Shown here: piece by piece, positions 1 to 8,004 of the stretch
How the letters are laid out: every line of letters begins with the position of its first letter
Numbering within the stretch: position 1 is the first letter of the stretch
Source: an uncultured Methanosarcinales archaeon
GTDB taxonomy: Archaea; Nanobdellota; Nanobdellia; Woesearchaeales; DATDXC01
NCBI GenBank assembly: GCA_964510025.1
Contig: CAZDZV010000006.1
Span: forward strand, 11,143-75,142
Direction: 5' to 3'
DNA length: 64,000 bases
The notes under the pieces: model-generated
The model's database searches: none
What the model was told of the DNA's origin: nothing
What the model saw: only the letters and a program-made list of their open reading frames with translations
Made by a program: the position numbers and the translations under genes

Positions 1-227
1 CACCCTTCTTTTTGACAGGTCTGCCACAGCAAATATCAGAAATAAAACTAGCAAAAACCCTATTATAGGAAATATTCTACCCTTCACCACTTTTTTATCT
101 AAATTGAAGTTCTAGTCTTAAATAGTTTTCGGTTATATATGCTACACAAAAGGTAGTTAAAAACCGCTTGCCTTAAAATAAAAAAGTTTAAAAACAAGTA
201 GGTAATTACCTATTTCTAGGTGGTAAA

Positions 228-2774
228 ATGAACAAACTAGCTTTGATAAGTTTATTCTGTGTTATAGTCCTTGTGACTGGTGTTTATGGAATTGGCTATC
301 CTGTTCGTGGTAAAGTTAATGATGCCATTGATTGCGCAGATGGGGGGGCCAGAAGAGTGATACATGTTTACGTAACAGGGGATCCAGATAACTACGACAC
401 ATGTTACACCACGTCATATTTAGACAATAATAATTACGAATGTGATACTGAAAATATACCTGGGCATACTGTCGAAATTGGAAGCAGTATCACGGTTGAG
501 GTTATAGACAAAGGGGATGGTTATTATTCTGAACCTATATCTGTATTAGTTGATACGGTAACAAATGTACCTGATCTGCAACTAATTAAAGAAGGGATAA
601 TAGAACACCCAGATTATCCAACATGCCAGGGAGACACTGATGGTGATTATATAAATCAGGTTAGCGACAACTGTCCTTCTGTTTTCAACTGGGAGCAATA
701 CAATGCAGACAACGATGGCAGCGGCGATGCCTGCGATTGCGACAGCAGCGATGATACTGTTTACCATAACGCTCCTGAAATATGCGATGGCCAGGATAAC
801 CAGTGCGATGGGGATATTGGCTTTGGTGAGGTTGATGAAGGATGCGACGATGATTCAGATGATTATTGCGACCAGGCTATGACCACAGTTGGAACTCCTG
901 CTGTCTGCCCAAACGGTGGCGATGACTGTGATGATACAAATTCAGCTGTTAATCCAGGGGCATCAGAATCATGCAATGGATTAGATGACAATTGCGATGA
1001 TGTTATTGATGAAGGAGGAGATGCTCTTTGCAATCCTGGAGAGACCTGCACTGGTGAAGATGGCTGTATTGCTTCATCTTTCACATTATCATGGGAAGTT
1101 GTATTTGAGTCTACTTTGTTAACATATACAGATAGCTTCAATGCTGGTGTCGGTACAGGAGCATCAGATGGGTATGGTTCTGAAGATATCCTTCAGCCGC
1201 CTCCAAGCCCCAGTGGGATTGAGATGAAAACCATTGTGGATCTGGTGGCTCTGACAAAAGACTACAGACTAGATGATTCTGCAACGAAAATCTGGGAGAT
1301 AAAGTTGAAAGCGCAGGACCAGACAGGGGTCGGGTTTACTGGAAAGAATACGATATCCTGGTTCTTAGCTGATATACCTGATGATGTCAGACTTCTGATG
1401 ATAGACTACGGGACTGACAGTGCAAAGACCAATGTTGTAAATACTATTGACCTAAAGGTTGATCCTGACAACAAATATAGATTTGAGGTTTCAGGGGCAG
1501 ATGGGACCTATAGGTATCTGGAACTGATAGCAAGGCAGGTATCACCATCTGACAATATCGCTTACTATCCCTTTGACTCTGATTTCCTGGATGCTTCAGG
1601 AAACTTCCATGACGGAATTTCTCATGGGGACATCCAGTTTATCCCGGGGGTGATTAATGATGCAGCACTGTTCGATGGAGATGGAGATTACCTTGATATA
1701 GGCCTTTTTGTGCCCACTGACTCATTTAGCGTATCAGCCTGGGTAAAGAAAGCTGCTACCGCAAACGAGGACCAGGCCATCTTTGGCTATGGCACAGACG
1801 ATTATTTTGGTTACATGGGATTGATGAATATAGACCACAGCGGCTATAAGATGCCTTGGGGATCCATGTATACGACTGAAAGCCTGGATGACCAGTGGAC
1901 TTTCGTCACATGGGTAAGGGAGAGCACAGATAATCATTTCAGGGTTTATGTAGACGGTGAGATTTTTGCGCATATATATGGTACATGGACAGGATTGCTT
2001 CTGCCGCCTGCAAATAATACGCAATCAATAGGGGTCTCGCTAAACCATGCAAGCCCTATGGCAGACACATATTTCAGCGGCTATCTTGATGAGCTAAGAT
2101 TCTACGACAGGGTTCTGACAGAGCAGGAGATAGTAAATATGTGCAATGCAGACCAGGCAGCATCTGGCATTATCCCGGCAGACCAATGCTATAATATGAT
2201 GCCGCTTTCATCAGGATGGAATCTTGTTTCTATGCCGATCGTACCAACTGAATTCAACAAAGACAGGGAGATTTCCCTAAAGCAGGGCTGGAATCTTTTT
2301 GGGCATGTTTCCAAGGCTCCATTCTATTGGCTTGATGCAAAGATACGAAAAGCAGGGGAGACAAAAACAATAGAAGAAGCGCATTCAGATGTGTGGGTCC
2401 AGTCTACTATATACCATTTTGACCCTGGACAACAGGTCTATACCTTTGTGCCTGGAGACACTGACTACCTGGAGCCAAGCAAAGGCTACTGGCTGTATGC
2501 GTTCGAAGATGATCTGACCCTGATACTGGAAAACGCAGGTGGAGCAGCTATGGAAAACGACTTCTTGTGGACAGACGCTGAAATAAGCGATGGAACAGAG
2601 ACAAAAACACTTGAAGAGGCAAACCAGGCCGGATGGCTGCAATCGACAGTCTATTATTATGACGCAGAAGAGCAGGTTTACAAATTCGTGCCTGGAGACG
2701 ATGACTACACTTATCCATGGAAAGGCTACTGGATCTACTGCAACATAGATGACCTGACCCTGACTATCAGCTAA
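228..2774 (+). CDS. Secreted surface protein with Cys/Asp-rich repeats and a LamG (concanavalin A-like lectin) domain; two C-terminal ~75-aa tandem repeats
   Basis: N-terminal signal peptide (MNKLALISLFCVIVLVTGVYG). Repeated CDxxDxxNPGAxExCNGxDDNCD modules resemble the putative metal-binding Cys repeat family. Central DGDGDYLDIG ... FSVSAWVK ... YLDELRFYDRVLT is typical of a LamG/pentraxin-like fold. C-terminal repeats KTIEEAHSDVWVQSTIYHFDPGQQVYTFVPGDTDY and KTLEEANQAGWLQSTVYYYDAEEQVYKFVPGDDDY. Confidence 0.5.
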   Translation: MNKLALISLFCVIVLVTGVYGIGYPVRGKVNDAIDCADGGARRVIHVYVTGDPDNYDTCYTTSYLDNNNYECDTENIPGHTVEIGSSITVEVIDKGDGYYSEPISVLVDTVTNVPDLQLIKEGIIEHPDYPTCQGDTDGDYINQVSDNCPSVFNWEQYNADNDGSGDACDCDSSDDTVYHNAPEICDGQDNQCDGDIGFGEVDEGCDDDSDDYCDQAMTTVGTPAVCPNGGDDCDDTNSAVNPGASESCNGLDDNCDDVIDEGGDALCNPGETCTGEDGCIASSFTLSWEVVFESTLLTYTDSFNAGVGTGASDGYGSEDILQPPPSPSGIEMKTIVDLVALTKDYRLDDSATKIWEIKLKAQDQTGVGFTGKNTISWFLADIPDDVRLLMIDYGTDSAKTNVVNTIDLKVDPDNKYRFEVSGADGTYRYLELIARQVSPSDNIAYYPFDSDFLDASGNFHDGISHGDIQFIPGVINDAALFDGDGDYLDIGLFVPTDSFSVSAWVKKAATANEDQAIFGYGTDDYFGYMGLMNIDHSGYKMPWGSMYTTESLDDQWTFVTWVRESTDNHFRVYVDGEIFAHIYGTWTGLLLPPANNTQSIGVSLNHASPMADTYFSGYLDELRFYDRVLTEQEIVNMCNADQAASGIIPADQCYNMMPLSSGWNLVSMPIVPTEFNKDREISLKQGWNLFGHVSKAPFYWLDAKIRKAGETKTIEEAHSDVWVQSTIYHFDPGQQVYTFVPGDTDYLEPSKGYWLYAFEDDLTLILENAGGAAMENDFLWTDAEISDGTETKTLEEANQAGWLQSTVYYYDAEEQVYKFVPGDDDYTYPWKGYWIYCNIDDLTLTIS

Positions 2775-4134
2775 ACATTATTTTTTTCTTGTTTCTTTGC
2801 GTCATTATGCATAGTAATATTAGTATGAATACCAGAACTGACAGTGCTACCAAAGCAATGTCTTTTGCGGACTTTTTTTGCGATTGGAGTATTATCTCCT
2901 GCATAATCTCTTCCTCGGTGATTCCGCTGATAGCAACATTTTCTAGATTATAGCCTTCTGCTTTAAAGTACACAAATTTTTCATCTTCATCGACCTTAAT
3001 GGTATTTAGCTTTTCCCACTGGTTTGTTTTCTGAATCCTGTTGTATAGGTATACGTCGTTTTCAGTGAGTTGATTGGTTTGCAGCCATGTTTTCTCCACC
3101 TTAAAGGTAAACACCACTTTCTCAACATCATCATCATCCATATTTCTTTTGACTATCTCAAACTGGCTATATGCTATGCCAGGTGGTTCGCTTGCAGCGA
3201 AAGCCGGTAGCACGCTTTTCACAGCCATGCCTACATTCTTGACTTTCTTTTTCGTAAAGATGGAGATGCTTTCTATAGCCATGCCATCCAGTACAACATT
3301 GACCGGCTTATCAGGGGTAATCTCCTGGTATCTGATCTTTTTCTGAATGATCTCCACAGGTGCTACCGCAACTGGCTGATCGGCGGTGGGAGCAGCGCTT
3401 CCTGCCCCGCCACCGCCGCCTCCGCCGCTGCATACCCCGCAATCCTGGGGGCAAGTCGAGCATGTTTCATCCGGACTGCAAGTCCCATCACCGCAGTCAG
3501 AGACAGCATCGACAGTAAAATAGGCATAGTTTGTCCTTACATTGTTTTCTGAATCATTTGCATAGATCTGGATTAGATATTCGCCATCCGCCAGGTCTTC
3601 GATATTTATTTCGCTGAAATTGCATTCCCTGCATAAGGTGATATTTGCTCCGCCATCAAAGCTATACCAGATTGTATCATTGTAATCCCTTATGGTTGTT
3701 GCATTCACCACAACAGAATCCTCGTCATAAGCTGTAGTTGACGGCGCATCGATTGAGACGATTGCCAGCAATTGCATTACCGGAGCTACGTTATAGGCAC
3801 CATAATCAGTAGTTAAGCTCACAGAATTAGATACATAGTTACCTTCATTATCCACCATCTTTGCATGCAAAATATCACCAGCATTCCAATCATAACTAGG
3901 TATCAAATCAGGATCGCAACAGTAAACATTGTCCCATGCATTTACAATACAGGAATCATTATTCGGTTCAGTATTCTCTGTGTAGATTACTACCTCTCTC
4001 CAAGCTGGTTCAGTTCCATCATAGGCGTTGCTGATTTCCCCACAGATTAAGGGAGCCCCAATAGCATTTATGCTCAGTAAAAAAAATACGGATATGTACA
4101 GTAGCACAAATTTATTCTTGTTGCCAGTTAACAT
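2767..4134 (-). CDS. Secreted cell-surface protein with Gly-rich linker and C-terminal TM anchor plus Lys-rich tail
   Basis: Signal peptide, many N-x-S/T sequons, Cys-rich stretch CGDGTCSPDETCSTCPQDCGVCSGGGGGGGAG, C-terminal hydrophobic helix IALVALSVLVFILILLCIM followed by QRNKKK. The 3' end overlaps the 3' end of the convergent gene by 8 nt. Confidence 0.45.
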   Translation of the reverse strand: MLTGNKNKFVLLYISVFFLLSINAIGAPLICGEISNAYDGTEPAWREVVIYTENTEPNNDSCIVNAWDNVYCCDPDLIPSYDWNAGDILHAKMVDNEGNYVSNSVSLTTDYGAYNVAPVMQLLAIVSIDAPSTTAYDEDSVVVNATTIRDYNDTIWYSFDGGANITLCRECNFSEINIEDLADGEYLIQIYANDSENNVRTNYAYFTVDAVSDCGDGTCSPDETCSTCPQDCGVCSGGGGGGGAGSAAPTADQPVAVAPVEIIQKKIRYQEITPDKPVNVVLDGMAIESISIFTKKKVKNVGMAVKSVLPAFAASEPPGIAYSQFEIVKRNMDDDDVEKVVFTFKVEKTWLQTNQLTENDVYLYNRIQKTNQWEKLNTIKVDEDEKFVYFKAEGYNLENVAISGITEEEIMQEIILQSQKKSAKDIALVALSVLVFILILLCIMTQRNKKKIMFS

Positions 4135-5581
4135 CGTCTGTTATGAATACACTATATGCTTCCTCCAAAGCTATTTCAAAATTTCCAATCTTAAAGGGCC
4201 CAATGTCAATAGAGCCATCCCATTCTTGTGTTGTTGCATCCCAGCGATTTACACTATTACTGGTTGGGATGCTGTCCATCAAATCATGAGCATCAGTATA
4301 AGTTGTATTACCATACAATGATACAAAATGTCTACCATTATGTTTGTTTTTATCTTCCACATAATTCATCGATATACTTTGGTTTTCAATGAGGCTGCCC
4401 GCCCAGCTCCACTCCATTGATATAGGGCTATCTGTCTTAAGATATACATATACAGCTGATGCTGTCTTATTGATATTAAAATTGCACGGTTCTGCACTGC
4501 AAAAAGCTGGAGGGGGGCAAGAGAATTCTGTACAAACCCAGTAATCTACTGTCGGATCTTCCGGTTGATAAATATAGAATCTCACACTATCAAACTCCTG
4601 AGAAAGCTCTAGCAAATCTTCAGCATCACTTATATATGATGCATTGAGATAAAGACCTAGATAATTCTTGGCAGAATCACCACTTTTCCTCGCAAACGTA
4701 AAATTCTGCTTTCCGACTATGTCAATTGTCTTGTTCAGGCCTCTGTCATTGACAGCAAAAACCCTGTAGTACACTCTTCTGTTCTGCAGCGCTGCTGCAT
4801 CCAGGAATGATTCTTCACCAACACCTATCGTAACGCAGTTGCTCCATCCAGACTGCAGGGAGGTTGTATTGCATATCATAATGTCCTTTGTGTAGTTAGT
4901 GTCGGCAACATCCCATGTCAAGGTGACACCCTCAGCTTCATCGAGGCTTATGTTGAGCCCCATAGGACCCAAAGGATACTTGCTGTAATTAACATCAACA
5001 TAGCTTGAGTTAACTGCTGTGCCGTTATCAGTGCCGTCGAAGGCCACAGCTTCGCATGTCCAGTTTGCCCCTATTGTGACATTTCCGTCCAATATGAGGC
5101 TGATGTTGTCAAACTCAGGCTTATGGGTGCCGTTTACGAACCATTTATAATAATACGAGAGATTATCATAGTTATCGTCAGAGCCGGTTGCAGTGCAGTT
5201 CAGATCGCTCGTCTCGTTTGGATTGGCGGGAAGAACCTCTACAGTCAGCACAGCTGGTGCTGTGTTGTCGACGCTCACATTCGCAAATGTGCTCAGGCTG
5301 TAATACCCTGTCAGGCTTGGGGCACCTAGATAGGTCAAGATTCCTGTTATGCTTAATATGACTGTTATCATGCTTATCGTCAGAAGAATATTTGTTTTTT
5401 CAAGCCTTCTTTGTTCAAGCTGCCTTATCTCTGACGTTATCTGCCTGACGCGGGCCTCGTAGCCCTCTATCCTCTCAGCATAATAACGCTTCAGCTCCCC
5501 ATCGACCATTGACCTATACCTGTCGGCAAGATGGATATAGCCTACAAGCTCTGCTCTTTTCTTCCTAAGTCTGTCGATCAT
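4112..5581 (-). CDS. Type II-like membrane protein with large sequon-rich extracellular domain (putative S-layer/surface glycoprotein)
   Basis: Charged N-terminal cytoplasmic segment with coiled-coil character, one TM helix (ILLTISMITVILSITGILTYL), then ~400 aa with >15 N-x-S/T sequons (NVSV, NETSD, NCTAT, NLSYYY, NGTHK, NVTIG, NWTC, NGTAV, NSSY). Confidence 0.4.
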   Translation of the reverse strand: MIDRLRKKRAELVGYIHLADRYRSMVDGELKRYYAERIEGYEARVRQITSEIRQLEQRRLEKTNILLTISMITVILSITGILTYLGAPSLTGYYSLSTFANVSVDNTAPAVLTVEVLPANPNETSDLNCTATGSDDNYDNLSYYYKWFVNGTHKPEFDNISLILDGNVTIGANWTCEAVAFDGTDNGTAVNSSYVDVNYSKYPLGPMGLNISLDEAEGVTLTWDVADTNYTKDIMICNTTSLQSGWSNCVTIGVGEESFLDAAALQNRRVYYRVFAVNDRGLNKTIDIVGKQNFTFARKSGDSAKNYLGLYLNASYISDAEDLLELSQEFDSVRFYIYQPEDPTVDYWVCTEFSCPPPAFCSAEPCNFNINKTASAVYVYLKTDSPISMEWSWAGSLIENQSISMNYVEDKNKHNGRHFVSLYGNTTYTDAHDLMDSIPTSNSVNRWDATTQEWDGSIDIGPFKIGNFEIALEEAYSVFITDDVNWQQE

Positions 5582-6036
5582 TTTGTTCTGTTGTATACTG
5601 TCCAGATTGTCTTTTCATTTCTGTGCAGCAACTCCCCTATATCATGATAGCTGATTTCGAAATTATCCTTGATAAAAACAACAATTGCGCCTAGCAGGCT
5701 TGATCCTGATTTCAAAGCGTCAAAAGGGATGTCATACTTTGAATAGCTGTAGCTGTAGCTTCTTGGATACTTTCTCTTAGAGTTCCTGTAAGCAAGCCAG
5801 CAAGAAGAAACCTCTTTATCCAGCAAACCCGCTATCTCCTTAAAAGACTTGTCCATATTCTCCCGCAGAAACTTAACAACTGTCTCAAGTGGGCTTAGCT
5901 TATCATTGAAGATAGAAACAGGCAATTTGTCTTCACCTTCCAGCAAGCCAAAAACCTCTTCAGCGCTAAGGTCATACTTAGCCCTAAACCTGTCAAACCT
6001 TTCCTGCAATTGCACTAAATCAGTTTCCTGAATCAT
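5578..6036 (-). CDS. Small putative DNA-binding protein with two HTH-like segments
   Basis: 152-aa ORF 4-nt coupled to the downstream gene. Segments LSPLETVVKFLRENMDKSFKEIAGLLDK and ISYHDIGELLHRNEKTIWTVYNR resemble sigma-70 region-4/HTH motifs. Sits immediately next to the repeat array. Confidence 0.3.
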   Translation of the reverse strand: MIQETDLVQLQERFDRFRAKYDLSAEEVFGLLEGEDKLPVSIFNDKLSPLETVVKFLRENMDKSFKEIAGLLDKEVSSCWLAYRNSKRKYPRSYSYSYSKYDIPFDALKSGSSLLGAIVVFIKDNFEISYHDIGELLHRNEKTIWTVYNRTK

Positions 6037-6290
6037 ATAAATAAGTATTAAAATTATATTTGTAAGTATATAAATCTTTTTATTTTATATTTGTAAGTTT
6101 CATTAAAATTTAAGTAAGTATTATCTTTTTATTTGTAAGTAATTTTATATATTTATAAGTATTTAATTTTATAAATAAGCAATAAAACAATATTTGTAAG
6201 CTTATATATTATATAAATAAGTAATTAATAAATATTTAAAAGTATAAATTTATATTAATAAGTAATAAATATTTATTTGTAAGAACTATT
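6037..6290. repeat. AT-rich iteron-like array: 5 exact TTTGTAAG copies plus ~6 degenerate (A/T)TAAGTA copies in ~250 bp
   Basis: Exact TTTGTAAG at 6058, 6090, 6132, 6193, 6275. Variants ATAAGTA/TTATAAGT at ~6041, 6113, 6163, 6217, 6259. Spacing 30-80 bp. Intergenic between two minus-strand genes. Essentially no G+C. Confidence 0.6.
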
Positions 6291-7362
6291 TCTTGACAGG
6301 TTTCATATCTTTTGTCTTTTCCTTGTCAGGCTTGTCATCCTTCTTCTCTTTATCGTTCTTCTCTTCTTTTTTCTCTGATTTGACTTCAGCTGAAGCTTCA
6401 GCTGGCTTGCCTTCCAGATGCTTATTGAGGTATTCCTGAAGCTTTAGTCCCTGTGCAAACAAGGGATTGTCCTTGAGCAGATCTTCAAAGGCCTTTGACA
6501 TTATCTCTGCTTTCTCTATCTTAAATTCAAACTCGCCCCTTAGCTTGCCTTCCATCTCCTTGAACCTGTCTGCAAGCTTCCTGAAATATTCCTCAACCTC
6601 GGCAAGTACCTTCTTAACCTTCTTATCGTGTTTCTCTATCTTCTCTATCTTTGTCTCAAACTCCTTCTTCTTCAGGAATGTGCCGGAAGAGACCTCCAGC
6701 TTATCCACCTTGGCAGTAAGCTCCTTAAGCTCGCCTTTGAGGCTTTCAAGCTTGTCTGCAAATGTGTTAAACGCTTCAAAGCTTTTCTGCGCTTCTATGA
6801 AAACATTGTCCACCCTGTCAGCATGCCTCTCTACCTCGGCAGTTATCTTCTTCACGGTCATTATCTCTGTCTTGACCTCCTCATTGAGCTTTATGACCTG
6901 CTCTATGCCCCTGAAAACATTTACCTGGTCCCTTATTTTCCTCAGCTGGTCCATTATGTTCTTCATCATCTCTTCTTTAGCTTCCAGAATTCCCCGTAAC
7001 CCTTCTATCTTTCCATCCTCTTTCTGGACCTGGATCATCAGCTTGTCTGGATGCACGCTCTCTACCAGGTCAGCTGCCTTTGTGGCCTTAACCTCGATCA
7101 TTCCGACTGTCCTTTGAGTATCATTAATCTGCCCCCTTATCTCCCCTATCTGTTCGTTCATGGTGGCAAACCTTTCGCCTGTAGATTTCCTCATCTCTTT
7201 CAGGCTTTCCAGGGTGCCGTTTATCTTCGTAAGGTCTGCCTGGATCATCTCTACTTTCTGAGAAACATTCGCATCTGCAGGAATCTCTTTGTTCTCCTCT
7301 TCCTCTTCGTCATCAGATTCCTCTTCTTGCTTCTTTTTTTTCTTTTTAAAAGGCCACATCAC
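6286..7362 (-). CDS. Long coiled-coil protein with polylysine/acidic N-terminus and K/E/D-rich C-terminal tail
   Basis: MMWPFKKKKKKQEEESDDEEEEENKE... Heptad-rich, highly charged throughout (KLEVSSGTFLKKKEFETKIEKIEKHDKK...). C-terminus KSEKKEEKNDKEKKDDKPDKEKTKDMKPVKK. No catalytic motif recognised. Confidence 0.4.
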   Translation of the reverse strand: MMWPFKKKKKKQEEESDDEEEEENKEIPADANVSQKVEMIQADLTKINGTLESLKEMRKSTGERFATMNEQIGEIRGQINDTQRTVGMIEVKATKAADLVESVHPDKLMIQVQKEDGKIEGLRGILEAKEEMMKNIMDQLRKIRDQVNVFRGIEQVIKLNEEVKTEIMTVKKITAEVERHADRVDNVFIEAQKSFEAFNTFADKLESLKGELKELTAKVDKLEVSSGTFLKKKEFETKIEKIEKHDKKVKKVLAEVEEYFRKLADRFKEMEGKLRGEFEFKIEKAEIMSKAFEDLLKDNPLFAQGLKLQEYLNKHLEGKPAEASAEVKSEKKEEKNDKEKKDDKPDKEKTKDMKPVKK

Positions 7363-7395
7363 ACCAAATAATTAATAGACTACTATATTAAACTT

Positions 7396-7929
7396 TTGCA
7401 TAAAAGAAAACTTTATATATGTATTAAACGAATATTGGCCAAAAGGGGTGATAAATTGAAGAAGGTTTCTCATATTGATGACTTTAGGACTCCTAACTAC
7501 AGGGTTTTCTATGCAGGACCTTATTTCAATCTTGATCTGTGGTATGAGATCACATGGAACAAGAAACATCTTAAAAAGCTGAAAAAACATGCGCAAAACC
7601 CCCATCTCTTCCATAAGCAGTTCCACGATAAGAAGTCAGACGATGCAAAGAAGAGGCATTTCAGGGAGCATGTGATTGACAGCATCCCTTTTCATGAAAA
7701 GATACTGGATGAGCATCAAAGAAGGCTTGACACTATCTTAGAGCTGATGCCTTTGCGAAAATACAAGAAGATCGTAGGCATCTCCATCAAACACGGCGGC
7801 ACGCCAGAATTTTTTGTCTATGACAAAATCAACAAGGAGGTATTTTTTGTTGTAGAGCATCTCACAGACGAAAGGAAAAAATGGATTAAGCTTGTCAGGA
7901 AATTATGTGATGTAATAATATTAAAATGA
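7396..7929 (+). CDS. Hypothetical basic protein; real start probably TTG at 7456
   Basis: A BRE/TATA-like AAAACTTTATATA (7409-7421) lies inside the ORF, followed by GGGGTG and an in-frame TTG at 7456 (LKKVSHIDDF...). The C-terminal FFVVEHLTDERKKWIKL could be a degenerate nuclease-like D...E.K motif. No confident family. Confidence 0.3.
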   Translation: MHKRKLYICIKRILAKRGDKLKKVSHIDDFRTPNYRVFYAGPYFNLDLWYEITWNKKHLKKLKKHAQNPHLFHKQFHDKKSDDAKKRHFREHVIDSIPFHEKILDEHQRRLDTILELMPLRKYKKIVGISIKHGGTPEFFVYDKINKEVFFVVEHLTDERKKWIKLVRKLCDVIILK

Positions 7930-8004
7930 TTATATTTAATACTTTTTAGCACTATGTTTATATATTTTTTAGGAAGGGGAAAAATCAATGCAAGGGGGTA
8001 GTAC

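Noticed and set aside
1-90. Partial minus-strand reading frame encoding a TM helix plus KRR, starting at GTG 88-90
   Set aside because: It runs off the window edge and has no ATG. It could be a GTG-initiated small membrane protein or the tail of nothing; insufficient evidence for a feature.
6037-6290. Possible CRISPR array
   Set aside because: Repeat units are only 8-9 bp, degenerate and irregularly spaced. There are no cas genes and no uniform repeat-spacer periodicity.
6467-7117. 216-aa and 123-aa plus-strand ORFs, plus many similar 60-180 aa ORFs antisense to long genes (e.g. 582-767, 3074-3346, 8505-9041, 11857-12419, 17930-18448, 18310-19032, 54836-55165)
   Set aside because: They are embedded antisense within confidently assigned larger genes and have low-complexity Ser/Leu-rich translations typical of AT-rich antisense frames.
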